Shown here: piece after piece, positions 39,201-51,732 of the stretch
How positions within the stretch are numbered: the stretch's first letter is position 1
Layout: each line of letters opens with the position of its first letter
Assembly (NCBI RefSeq): GCF_964355755.1
Contig: NC_092672.1
Coordinates: 6,944,001 to 7,008,000 of the forward strand
Reading direction: 5' to 3'
Length of the DNA stretch: 64,000 nucleotides
Origin: Antedon mediterranea
Lineage: Eukaryota > Animalia > Echinodermata
Notes under the pieces: model-generated
Told to the model about the DNA's origin: nothing
The model's database searches: none
Seen by the model: only the letters and a program-made list of their open reading frames with translations
Translations under genes and position numbers: made by a program

Positions 39201-40626
39201 CCGCTCTTTTTATTTCAAAACACCGGTTCTGCGGGACTGATGTGAATTGGATCGCTCCGATGTTACTAGTTGAAGTGAAGGGTTCTAGTGCTCCAGAGAC
39301 AAGTTGGTGTTTCACAGAGTTTGTTGATGTTGATGGGTTTTTATTATATTTTATCCTAACTACTTGAATGTACAATACCAGATACACATTAAAAGAAAAT
39401 ATTACAAAATCCAAAAGAATAATTACTGGTTATTAATTTAACTTAAATTTAATCAAGAAAAAGCTCGACTCGGTGATTATTATTAGTTTGGTCTTTTCAG
39501 AAAATCGGATGACTACTTCTTTTGTTGTTTGTTGGATTCGGCCCGGCATATCGAGTGCACACCAACTGCCGATATATTTTCTTCTTGCGAAAATTTAATG
39601 CAAAATCAAATCATTCGGGTTTTCTTATGGATTTTTGGTTTAAGTGCACTGCTTGGAAACATGTTTGTAATTTTCTGGCGATGGAAGCATTGGCCTACAA
39701 CGAGAAGTCTTTGTTCCAAGCAGTATATTCTTATCACAAATTTGGCCGTAGCAGATATGTTCATGGGAATATATATGCTGATAATTGCAACTGCTGATGT
39801 CCTCTTTCGAAACAATTATGTGATCCATGCTAACGATTGGAAAGCAAGCGTAGCCTGTACGTTTGCAGGAGTCTTAGCATTTCTATCAAGCGAATCATCC
39901 GTGTACATTTTAAGCGTCATTAGTTTTGATAGATTTCTGCACATTGCATTTCCGTTCGCAAACGTTCATTTTACACAGAAAACAATAAAAGGCGTTATTG
40001 CATTTGGATGGGTTCTGACGCTGGTTATGAGTATTCTGCCAGTATTACCGATCCCCTACTTTAACAATGAGTTTTACGGTGTAACCAGCGTGTGTCTTGC
40101 ATTGCCATTGACGTCGGAAAAAGTGAGAGGATGGGAATATACCGCTGCCATTATAATTGGATTCAATACCTTGTGTTTCTTGATCATCTTTGTGTGCTAC
40201 ACCGCGATTTTCATTTTTATTAAAGCATCTAGCAGAAACATTAAACAAACAGGAACAAATAACTCTGACAAGAATCAACACATTGCAATTGCTATGAGAA
40301 TGGCTTTTATTGTTGCTACAGATTTCTGCTGCTGGGTACCAATTATAGTAATAGGCATTTTATCATTGACGAGAACAGTTCACATACCACCAGAGGCATA
40401 TGCATGGGCAGCGGTGTTCGTCTTGCCAATCAATTCTGCAATTAACCCTTATCTATATACGTGTGTAACTCTGAAGAAACGTCAGAAACAGAGGAATGTG
40501 TCTAAATACGTAACAGAAAAAACAAACGAATGTTCGACAGGTATGAAAACAGGCGAACGAGAGTACGGTACGTTTACTATAAGTAATCAATACATTAAAG
40601 GACAACTTGCGAGAAACATATTTTAA
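24248..40626 (+). CDS. GRL101-like / LGR type C GPCR with SRCR x7, CTL-like, LDLa, kringle, LDLa x6, LRR and 7TM domains (25 exons, ~1768 aa)
   Basis: Exons in phase with GT-AG: signal peptide 24248-24323; SRCR 24539-24856, 25045-25341, 25445-25741, 25875-26204 (divergent), 27001-27285, 27929-28240, 28320-28625; microexon 28836-28868; CTL-like 29301-29627; LDLa 29868-29996; kringle 31697-31936 (YRGT, NFCRNP, PWCYT); LDLa 32150-32269, 32553-32669, 33080-33196, 33767-33919, 34421-34537, 34734-34850; LRRNT 36774-36882; LRR 37004-37096, 37997-38068, 38394-38465, 38563-38634, 38923-38994; hinge plus 7TM 39501-40626. Confidence 0.92.
26431..26661. repeat. ~112-bp tandem duplication (2 copies) in GPCR intron 5
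   Basis: TTGAATATGGGTTGGTCATAAATG..CACTGGAAAGTGTCCCAT..TTAGGGATG occurs twice. Confidence 0.9.
27352..27777 (+). mobile_element. tRNA-derived SINE-like element; 5'-truncated counterpart at ~57105-57970
   Basis: A-box-like TGCCTAGCGGTTAAGG, B-box-like GGGTTCGAA, and an A/TAA-rich tail. Confidence 0.45.
30115..31155. mobile_element. Non-autonomous element with internal palindrome (possibly Crypton-like), absent from the paralog
   Basis: Missing from the equivalent intron at ~62570-62582. Contains a ~175-bp hairpin at 30120-30298 centred on GAGGCAACGCCGAG. Family pieces at 24000-24190, 33470-33565, 43158-43250 and 43488-43752. Confidence 0.55.
35078..36580. repeat. Minisatellite of 20-25-bp units (TTATTACAAAGT[G/T]CGTCAACAC and variants) in GPCR intron 18
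   Basis: Direct tandem repetition; explains the overlapping repetitive ORFs at 35075-36276. Confidence 0.95.
39501..40626 (+). CDS. Hinge and rhodopsin-class 7TM exon of the GRL101-like GPCR
   Basis: [12 protein letters not shown] hinge, GN in TM1, [33 protein letters not shown] and [13 protein letters not shown]. Confidence 0.95.
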
Positions 40627-40954
40627 AAACGTTAGGGATGTACATATGATTTTAGAACAATCGCAAGATTTACGATATTGCCGCGCGCGCTCGCCGTACA
40701 TCCGTCGCCGTACATCCGTCGCCGTAAATTGCTGTGACGTTACAAGTACATGGCAAAATCTACTTCATGAGTTTTCACTGTTATTAACACACAAGAGATA
40801 GGTACCGTCACTTCAACTGCTAATTTGACCTGTATTAGGCATATATTTGCCAAAATGTACGGCGAGCGCGTGCGGCGATCTCGCGATTGTTCTGAAATCA
40901 TATGTACATCCCTAATACGTTGTTAAAATATATGGTTCTCGGTCAATTTGTCCT
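40599..40954. mobile_element. MITE with TTAA target duplication and AGG termini (Kolobok/T2-like); partial copy at ~44420-44554
   Basis: TTAA-AGGACAA..TTAGGGATGTACATATGATT..GCGCGCTCGCCGTACAT pairs with ATGTACGGCGAGCGCG..AATCATATGTACATCCCTAA..TTGTCCT-TTAA. Confidence 0.8.
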
Positions 40955-41062
40955 TTAAATATTAGGGCCTATTATGGAGCCAGATTTCCACTTTATACAT
41001 CTACTCATCATACTCTAGAAAAGTAACTCATATTACAGTACAACATTTTTGTTCCACTTAAG

Positions 41063-41478
41063 GTACACATTTTACGAAGATGTTAAACGAAAGGTTGGTC
41101 GTAGAAATGATTGAAAATATCATACGATCACAAAAACTGTTCGATGAGAGTGTTAACGTTGAAATCTTACAGGATCTTTCAGAGGTACTGGATCTAGCTA
41201 AGAAGTATAATATTGACATTTCACAGGTACGTACAAGTGTGGCTTCAGTCGAACATCCTACGAAAAAAACCCGTATTTTGCTGATTTTGGTCATGATCAT
41301 AATAAGGTTTATCGCAAATAGCGTGCTCCCAAACCCTTCCCACGGCGCATTGTGCAATGACGTTCCTCGCGAAATCAAGCTATTTGCGATAAACCTTATA
41401 GGCCTGAAAAAGAAAGATTGTGAATCATGTTTTTCCGGTAGAGATAAACTCAAGTTTTCTGTGTTTTTCAAAAATTAG
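41063..41478 (+). CDS. Possible extra C-terminal exon of the GPCR
   Basis: Phase-1 donor G|GTACGT at 40567 and acceptor TTAAG| at 41062 join in frame with ORF 41080-41478. Confidence 0.4.
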
Positions 41479-41730
41479 ATTGACGTTGGAAATCGTTTAC
41501 AGCCTAACATAGTGACGACAACAACCAAGTTATGAATATTTTAAAAAGAAGAAAGATTGTGAATTATTATGTTTTTCCGGTAGAGAGCAAACTCAAGTTT
41601 TTATTTTAGCCTAACTTTGTTAATTTAATAATTAATTTGTGTATTTTGTGAATTATTTCTGCTTTTTAAAAATTAGATTGACGTTGGAAATCGTTTACAG
41701 CCTAACATAGTGACGACAACAACCAAGTAA
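41410..41730. repeat. Local duplication downstream of the GPCR
   Basis: AAAATTAGATTGACGTTGGAAATCGTTTACAGCCTAACATAGTGACGACAACAACCAAGT at ~41471 and ~41669; AAAGATTGTGAAT..AAACTCAAGTTTT at ~41414 and ~41552. Confidence 0.8.
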
Positions 41731-43756
41731 TAAATATTTTTCAGTCGATGTTTTAGTTAATTAGTCGATGTTGCTTCATTTTTCGTATTTTGTTTAATGT
41801 CGACGACGAAGATAGATTAAACGAGTCATGGTACTATTTTTCGATTGAATGGTTAAAGTATAATTATTGTTGTTATTGTTAAACACTAATTGAATGGGTT
41901 TTTTAATGTTTAATCATTTACGTAGGCTTAAAAAGTATTATAGATACATAACTTGTTATTTTTAAGGGAGGAGTTAGTTCAATTGTTATATTACGTACAG
42001 CCTGCAGCATTGTCTGCAGACGTGAAGATCTCTCCGATTCTTATGCACGTGACATTTCTTACACTGAGAGCAATTACGTCACTTTTGTTTATATGTAAAT
42101 GTATCAGTGAAATGTGTATCTGTGTATTTATGTAACCAAGACGACACAGCCACAGGTCGGATTAGCACCGGATGTTATTATTAATATCTATATGTAATAC
42201 GCTTAAAAGGGTAATAAATATGTATATTAATTTAATTATTCAATCCTGTAGAAACAATAGTGTTGCTCTATATAATTAGACAGTGACAATACAACATTTA
42301 TACGAGAATTTAAAGTTTCGTATAATTTTAAAGCTACGCTTGTTTTGTAGCCGCACCATACATTAGAAAATTATAATATAATTATCCTAGTTTTATTTAC
42401 CCAGCTTCTGTCAAAACTCATTCTAACGACTGCATGGTAAAGTATATCTCATGAATTATCTTGTATGTTAGGCTGAGGTGGTCGCGATGAAAAAATGTTA
42501 CTACGTCGTATGTTTGCAAATTTATTTTGTGGAATGGTTTGTGGCATAACATACAGATCGACTTTTACATGTTTTTAACGTGAATACATATTAAAATAGC
42601 TCTCTGTACAATGCCGGTACAATAGAGGAATAAAGTTGTAATGTCCATGTTCATTGTGTATGTGTCTTATGTAGATACATTTCCAACAACTTTAAATGTC
42701 AAATCCGGGTCTAGAACCAGCAGAAAACAAGACAAAAAGTAATATATGCCACGCGTAATGTTATTTGATTTGTATTGGCTGGAGGGCTTCGAAAGAACCC
42801 TTTCCCCCTAAAGTGTCCTTTTCAAACTAGAGATCAGGTATGGTAAATATTATGACTAAGTAACCTAAGCTGATGACGACCTTTGCCTCTGTAATAAAAT
42901 ATAAAAATAATTTTTTTTTTCCACAGATAGTTTACTGTAATGGCTGTTTCATGTTACACAATTGCTATAATTGCTAAAAAAATGAATTATGCTGTTTTCA
43001 TCTTTAGGCTCAAGTGCTTAGCAATAGTTCCGTTTATTTTGTATAGCTCTTTTTACATCATTATCATCATCATTATCAATAACAATTTAGCATCATTAAA
43101 TCCATGATGTCATTTTTCATGCTATACAATGCATGCTACAGTATATATTAGATTTTATATAACACCTAAATAAATTCCTGCCATTTGATTGGACGATTGT
43201 GGGTCACATGATGTGCAATAGTACGCACTATTAAACGATCGTGTACGAAAAAAAAAATCTGTTCGCAATTGGAAATTGTGTACTTTCGTCGCAAATGTTA
43301 CATTACATTACGAGAGATATATATGTATTAACTTAGATCAAAAAGAAATTTAAATTAACTTTAGATCGTTTTTAGGATTTTGACTACCAGCCATTGAATA
43401 CAAGAAATTGGGATTATCACGACCATAATGAAATACCTTACACTTAGTGTCGTATTGCTGTATTTTGGCCTAGGCCTAGTAGGTTTATTATAACCTATCA
43501 TCATTCACCAAATTCCATTATTTGTACCATTACACGAATACAAAACATTCATTATTTGTTTTATATAACATCTAAATATATTTCTGTCACTTGAATCAAA
43601 TAAAAGGTAGGCCTAGTCAAGGCCTACATTTGATTCACATTGATTAAAACAGTAACATTAAATATAATTATTTATATGGAATTTATAAATTATAACAGGC
43701 CTAGGCCTAGCTAAGCCTAGGATTGTTTGGTCGTTTGTTGACATAATTAACAATCT

Positions 43757-44060
43757 ACATACGCTGCATGTAGGTTGAATCAAGTTCAGTTGTTGAGAAG
43801 TTTTCCAAGAGGAACAATTGAGCAGATGAAAAGCAGTTGATTGCTATATTCATAGCTGCATCCAATGCCAAGCAGCAACACACACGTAGCCGAGAACCTC
43901 TAGTAATGTCTAAACTACCAACAGGCCCATGGAAGGAGCTAAGCATTGACTTCGCCGAACTACCTTCAGCATATCTTATCTTCATAATAGACAATACTCT
44001 CGATTTCCAATTCTAGGGGTCATCAAGTCTGTTAGCGCTGCAACTGTCATTCCGAGAATC
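43757..44060 (+). mobile_element. Degenerate Ty3/Gypsy integrase fragment
   Basis: Frameshifted translation HSCIQCQAA / REPLVMSKLPTGPWKELSIDFAELP / YSRFPILGVIKSVSAATVIPRI matches the zinc-finger CxxC and the start of the catalytic core. Confidence 0.75.
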
Positions 44061-45084
44061 AGTGATGATAATTAGTTACATTTTCCTGAGTACTCTGTAT
44101 TTTAAAAAATGGTAATTTCCGCTACATTATTTAATATTTGATATTCGATGACTAGGCCTACTAAAACCAAAACTAATAATCATTCTGTCGTTATATATAC
44201 ATCGTTTCCTATATGCAATGTCGTCGATTGTCGGAGCCAAATTTGGTATTAACGTAAAGATCAAGCTTTGCTCGAAATATTAATGTCAAAATTAGGGCGC
44301 GAATCGACGCGAATCAAAACTATTTTAGTTGTTTTACTTTAAAAATACGATTTTTTGGTATTTTTCAATTAGCAATTGACATGACTCATCAGGTAGATTT
44401 GGTTAAGCACACTTGACGTCACAGCAATTTACGGCGACTGCTGTATGACGAGCGTGCGTGGCGAAATTGTAAGTCTCGCAATTGTTCTGAAATCATACAT
44501 CGTACATCCCTAATACGTTGACAAAATATGGTTCTCGGTGAAGTTGTCCTTTAAGCATTTATATTCATTTATAGGTATTGATATAGGCAAATACATTTGC
44601 ACACTACAAGAATCGGGTGCTAGTAAACAATTAATGTTAACATTTATTTGCACACGACAGACTGTTTCATGAAGGTGATAAAAATCACTCTTCAATCATC
44701 AAATGCTAGCCTCCGAGTAAAGAATAATATGAAGTACAATTCACAGAAAGATACTGTTTATCTAGTTTAAACATATATTGCCCTAAAAAAAGTAAGTATT
44801 TTTATTGAATATGCCAATTTAATGTTACATAATAGTTATTCACTTTGATCAAAAATTTGATAGAAAAAAAAATACCTAAAAGAAACTGTAAATTAATGCA
44901 AAAAATAATCAAATTGACTGGAAGTCAATCGGTTTTTGGTTGAATTTAACCATTCATTTTATCTTTTTATAAGTGAAAACATTTGTTTTCCTACAGAAGT
45001 GATTAAATTGATCAAAATGGCCTATTCAAAGTGTTTTTTTATTAATCTTCATTTTTCATGTTTTTGGGGGACAATACATCTTTA

Positions 45085-45480
45085 ATTTATGCAACATTCC
45101 AAATATTGTTGTATCAAAATTATATGGATACACATATTGTTGGTTCTGTCTGGTTTCAATTCCAGCTAAAGCACTCGTGACAAAAGAATATATTATAATA
45201 TGTCAACATCTTTTACTATCGAATTTTAGTTTACTCCCCGAATACATTGTTTTCTAACCAAGCTATGAAATATTAATAACATAGTTAGATGTTTGTTCTA
45301 TATATATAGATAATATATAATAAACCAATTAAAACCAGAATACATACTGATTATTAGTTGCTTATAATTCATGAGCACGGGCGATGTATTATGCGTGGTA
45401 ATTAATTACTAGGACAATTTGAAATTGACTAAGACAAGATTTGCTTTAATATATACAATATTGATTTTAAATGTTATGGA
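45085..45480 (+). pseudogene. Duplicated RAD51D last intron and truncated last exon
   Basis: Matches 16182-16665 but lacks ~16497-16591 (acceptor and exon start). Retains ACTAGGA.AATT.GAAATTGACT.AGACAAG. Confidence 0.75.
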
Positions 45481-45491
45481 AATGTTCAGCA

Positions 45492-47770
45492 GACACAAGA
45501 TATAGATACGAAGCTACATAAGATACAGAAACAAGAGATACAGATAAAGATACAAGATAAAGATACAAGATAAGTTACATGATACATATACAAGATACAT
45601 ATACAAGATACAGATACAAGATACAGATACAAGATAAAGATACAAGATAAAGATACAAGATACAGATACAAGATACAGATACAAGATACAGATACAAGAT
45701 ACAGATACAAGATAAAGATACAAGATAAAGATACAAGATAAAGATACAAGATACAAGATACAAGATACAGATACAAGACACAGATACAAGATACAGATAA
45801 AAGATACAGATACAAGATACAGATACAAGATAAAGATACAAGATAAAGATACAAGATACAGATACAAGATACAGATACAAGATACAGATACAAGATACAG
45901 ATACAAGATAAAGATACAAGATACAGATACAAGATAAAGATACAAGATATAGATACAAGATACAAGATACAGATACAAGACACAGATACAAGATACAGAT
46001 ACAAGATACAGATACAAGATACAGATACAAGATACAGATACAAGATAAAGATACAAGATAAAGATACAAGATAAAGATACAAGATATAGATACAAGATAC
46101 AAGATACAAGATACAGATACAAGATAAAGATACAAGATAAAGATACAAGATACAGATACAAGATACAGATACAAGATACAGATACAAGATACAGATACAA
46201 GATACAAGATAAAGATACAAGATCAAGATACAAAAATAAGTTACACGATACAGATACAAGATACAAGATACAAGATACAAGATACAAGATAAAGATACAA
46301 GATAAAAATACACGATACAGATACAAGATACATATACAAGGTACATATACAAGATACAGATACAAGGTACAGATACAAGATACAGATACAAGATACAGAT
46401 ACAAGACACAGATACAAGATACAGATACAAGATATAGATACAAGATACAGATACAAGATATAGATACAGATACAAGATACAGACACAGATACAGATACAA
46501 GATACAGATACAGATACAAGATAAAGATACAAAAATAAGTTACACGATACAGATACAAGATACAGATACAGATACAAGATAAAATTTCAAAATAAAATTA
46601 CAAAATAAGTTACAAGACACAGATACAAGATACAGATACAAAATACAGATACAAGATACAGATACAAGATATAGATACAAGATACAGATACAAGATATAG
46701 ATACAAGATACAGATACAAGATATAGATACAAGATATAGATACAAGATACAGATACAAGATACAGATACAAGATATAGATACAAGATATAGATACAAGAT
46801 ACAGATACAAGATATAGATACAAGATACAGATAAAGATACAGATACAAGATATAGATACAGATACAAGATACAAGATACAGATACAAGATACAAGATATA
46901 GATACAAGATACAGATACAGATACAAGATACAGATACAGATAAAGATACAGATACAAGATATAGATACAAGATATAGATACAAGATACAAGATATAGATA
47001 CAAGATACAGATACAAGATATAGATACAAGATACAGATACAAGATATAGATACAAGATACAGATACAAGATATAGATACAGATACAAGATACAGACACAG
47101 ATACAGATACAAGATACAGATACAGATAAAGATACAGATACAAGATATAGATACAAGATATAGATACAAGATACAGATACAAGATATAGATACAAGATAC
47201 AGATACAAGACACAGATACAAGATACAGATACAAGACACAGATACAAGATACAGATACAAGATACAGATACAAGATACAGATACAAGATACAGATACAGA
47301 TACAAGATACAGATACAGATACAAGATAAAGATACAAGATACAGATACAAGATACAGATACAAGATATAGATACAGATACAATATAGTACAGATACAGAT
47401 ACAAGATAAAAGATACAGATACAAGATACAGATACAGATACAAGATACAGATACAAGATACAGATACAAGATATAGATACAAGATAAAGATACAAGATAC
47501 AGATACAGATACAAGATACAGATACCAGATACAGATACAAGATATAGATACAAGATATAGATACAAGATACAGATACAAGATACAGATACAAGATACAAG
47601 ATACAGATACAAGATACAGATACAAGATACAGATACAAGATACAGATACAAGATACAGATACAGATACAAGATACAGATACAGATACAGATACAAGATAC
47701 AGATACAAGATACAGATACAAGATATAGATACAGATACAATATAGTACAGATACAGATACAAGATACATA
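45492..47770. repeat. GATACA/GATACAA satellite array, copy 2 (~2.3 kb)
   Basis: Same units and same entry sequence (GATATAGATACGAAG.TACATAAGATACAGAAACAAGAG) as the array at 16673. Confidence 0.97.
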
Positions 47771-48017
47771 CGTCAGTAGCATTTATTAGTTTAGAGATTT
47801 AATTTGGCTGCTCACAGATCTTGACGTTCTTCACACAAGCTTTCTTGTTTAGTACATTGTTCTGACAAGAATGAGTTTGAAGTCTGTCTTTCGCCATATC
47901 TAGTTTTTTACCGAACAGCTCATTTTTATTTGTTATATTGTCAATGGCACGCTTTCTGTTGACGGTGGTAATGCAGTTTTAATTGATACAATCAAACATG
48001 TACAACTTGTATTACAT

Positions 48018-49195
48018 TCTACAAGCATTGGATTGACAGTGGCATTATCAGTATTAAAGACATTGTTAATAAGAACACTTTTTTAACATCAAACGAAATA
48101 CTGGTGAAACTACAATGTAAAACAAACTGGTTAAATGAGTATTTGTGCATTATTAAGGCAATACCAATTCAATGGAAACGTATTATTAAGGAGGTAGATA
48201 TTTTCAATTGTGATGATAATGATGAATTAGTTGGGACCAAGTATGAGATTAATACTACCAAACTAATATACTCATGGTTTGTGAAAGAATATTTCATTAT
48301 TCCAATGTCACAACTAAAATGGGAAGAGTACTTCAATGATAACAACATTGATTGGAAAACTTCTTGGTTACGGAAAGTATGTAAAATAAAAGATAAGAAA
48401 CTAGCACAATTCAATTATAAGATGTTACATAGAATACTGCCTACCAACAAACGGCTGTATCAGTGGAAAGTTAAGGAAACACAAACGTGTGACAAATGTG
48501 GAGAAATTGAAAATGAAAATCATTTGTTTTTTAGTTGTAGATTTATTCAGAAATATTGGAGGAAAATGCTTAGTATCTTTGTAAGTTTAAATCACAATAA
48601 TATATCATTTAAACAATTAATACTAGGAACGGGAGATAAGCTAATAGATTATATTTACACTTTTGCAGCATTTACTATTTATAGAATAAAAATGTTATCT
48701 GCACTAAATAAGCCAGTGGGTAAATCTTTATGGAATTCATTTAAAAGCAATATGTTATATAACATTGAATGTAAAACATATAACAATAAAGAAACAAGTA
48801 TAGAAAAATGGGTAGCTTTAAGAAATAAGATTATGATAATATAATTTCTAATTTGATACGATTAACCGATACGGGTTACTGGTGGTACTGAGCTATTATT
48901 GTTTTTTTTTATCATGTATATAAATATATTGTATAATCCGGGTTGTAATGAAAACAAACAAATGAAAATGTGTGAACTATTTTAAAACGGGATAGATGAT
49001 AATGATGATCCTGTCAAGTGTATAACAAAATATAAGAAAATTAATGAAAAAAGGAGTAATACAGAATTCATATATGTAAAAATGTTACTTATGAACTGTA
49101 ACGACATTTTCAAGTTAAATAATACGATTTTATGTAATATGAGATAATATGAATGTGAATAAAAGTGGTGTTTGCGCCACAAAAGAGAAAAAAAA
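48018..49195 (+). mobile_element. 5'-truncated L1/Tx1-type non-LTR retrotransposon (zf-RVT C-terminus, ORF 48104-48844)
   Basis: FNYKMLHRILPTNKRL..CDKCGEIENENHLFFSC zinc knuckle, poly-A tail, and a 14-bp TSD AACTTGTATTACAT at 48004-48017 and 49196-49209. Confidence 0.88.
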
Positions 49196-51732
49196 AACTT
49201 GTATTACATGACTACTGCTGTATAGGCTTATATAAGCATTACAATCATTAAATATTGATATATAAATAGTATATGGACACAAACGTCAACATCTTTCGTA
49301 CTAATTGTAATTCCTCAAATAAATTTTTTTTCTGGTAAAGCCATAAAATATTCTTAAAATAGATGTTTGTTCTATACTTAAATAAACCAATTGATATCAG
49401 GAGAATACATGATTGTTTGTTGCTTAACATTCATGAGCACGCGTGATATGTTGCAAAAGGTACTTAATGTTGATGTCTGCAGGAAAATTAAACACTTTAT
49501 AAGTCCTGTAATGTTTATTTAGGTCGTGTCCACAACTCGAAATATCAGAAAAACCTGAAGTTATTTGAGAGTTGGTTTGAAATATACAATATTGGTTCAC
49601 ATTTGTAATTAGTTATTCATAAGACGAATGATTAATGTATACTAGTTGAGTGATAATTTGCCATTTAAAATTGTCTTTTAAAATGTTTAAGGGACAAGCC
49701 GGCGACAATCATCTCACCACCGTCTTAATTACATCGTATCTAAAGAAAACATTTACATAGATTATCTCTTAAATTTAACAACACTACGTTCATGTACTAG
49801 AAAAACGGATTATGTCACTGTGATGATTAAATTTAAAACTCAAATAACTCTTCATTAAGAATCCTAGCAAATTCACACGAGATTACAACATATACCTTTA
49901 TCGTCAATGTCTTGATTTTGTATTTAATCTTGTATTGTTCAATGGCCACTGACTTGTACTGTAACAAATTGTTCATGGCACTGAACACGTTAACTTGCTT
50001 TGTTTATGTGTACTTTTTAGTCGCATGGACGCGACTCTATAGTTCACTATGTCGGTCTGTCGGTCCGGTATCACTATGCGTTTTAGCACGCGACTTATGG
50101 CTGTTGGCCTTGTTTTGTATGGATTGTGTACCTACAGGAGGGACGACAGTTATGGACTTGTTTGAGTCTCTATATCGTCCCTCTATGATACTTTTTGGTT
50201 GTTGATTTATTTCATTAGTCTATATGTATGTACATAATATGTTAATGTTTGATGTTGGTCGAAAAAAATGTTGAATTGAATTTAAAATGCTATCATAACA
50301 TTTAATAGTATTGTAACAACTTTCAATGAAAACAGAATACTGTATCTTAAGTGAATGATAGTGCATCTGAATTGCAGGGACAGTATAGTATTAATAGAAG
50401 TAACAGTGTAGGCCTATATGTATGGGTAGTGTATCGGAAGAAATTCCTGTGTGTAAACGACATGTATTATAGTCCTGCCGTACGTAATTTAAAATCGCCA
50501 GTTTTTTTTACGCTGAAAAATTACTGCGTATTCGAGAACCATCCGTGGGCACGACCTAGACGGTACGCGAGCGTACCATCTATTCTAGTCTATGGTAAAT
50601 TGGAGTGCATCTTATAGACCGTGACCCTTATATGAGTAACCTTCCATGAGGAGTATAAACAGTGCATCTTAAATTTAGTTTCGTAGTAGGCCTACTTAGT
50701 TTCAATTGACTATTAATTACGATTAAAAATCAATATGTACACCTACTGAGGGAGCACTATATAATCATGAATTTAATTAGTATAGTAAATTGAAAGCAAT
50801 AAAATCAGACGCGAGAGTGTTGATAAATACATCAGATATTATGTGTGGAACTGGAAAGACGGTAATGACAAAGTATACGTGTATCATCATATCTTAATTG
50901 GGTACGTATAGCCTACAATTCATTTTTATTAATTAATAATAAATAAGTAAGTAGGCCTAATAATATAACGATGAACCCAGTTCTGTCACTGGAAGCCTAC
51001 TTAATTTATGCTTGCTATGACAGAAAAGCATAGACTTTTTTGGTGTTGTAATGACATTATATCCACAGCAACATTTACACATTTATCAGCAAGACGTTGC
51101 AACCCTAAGCAGGAGTGAGCTCGGAAAAGGTAAATCATTTTGCTTACAACATACATACTTACAATCACATATTGCGTTTGTTTAATAAACGCAAGATTTA
51201 ATTTATATGACATCCAATTCAAATCAGTGTTTAGTTACAGGTACTGTACGATAATGTTTCCAATTACTATTCCTATTATTAATTTAGTTTGAATTATGTT
51301 AATTTAAATTTGTATTCAGATTTACAAATGTTGGCATGGTCTAAAGCTCTGTCTACACTATCAAAATTGATGTGACAAAAAATGTGATGTGCCTATATAT
51401 GGACATGATGATGTCACATCACTACCATATTTGGGCATACTGTATCACTGCCATATTTAGGCGTATCACACTTTTTTGGCAAACTAGTTTGATAGTGTAG
51501 ACAGAGCTTTACTTTTCGGTTATGAATGGTCTAATTTTGGTCTTACAGCGTCTTGACCTCTGTAGAGTAAAACGAGGAGACCATCTGTACCTGTAGGCCT
51601 ACTTATATTTTACTATATATAATGCCTTTTACACACAACACAAATAAGTAAAGATTTCCCAGTTTATTCAAAGTATACTAATACCTAATATATATATTTA
51701 ACCGTATTTCATTTTCTATATTTTCAGAACTT

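Noticed and set aside
41260-41272. Programmed -1 ribosomal frameshift at GAAAAAAAC
   Set aside because: The A_AAA_AAC heptamer is not in the required frame; a homopolymer error, decay or alternative splicing is simpler.
39606-41471. Minus-strand ORFs overlapping the 7TM exon and tail
   Set aside because: Antisense shadows of coding sequence with no motifs or splice support.
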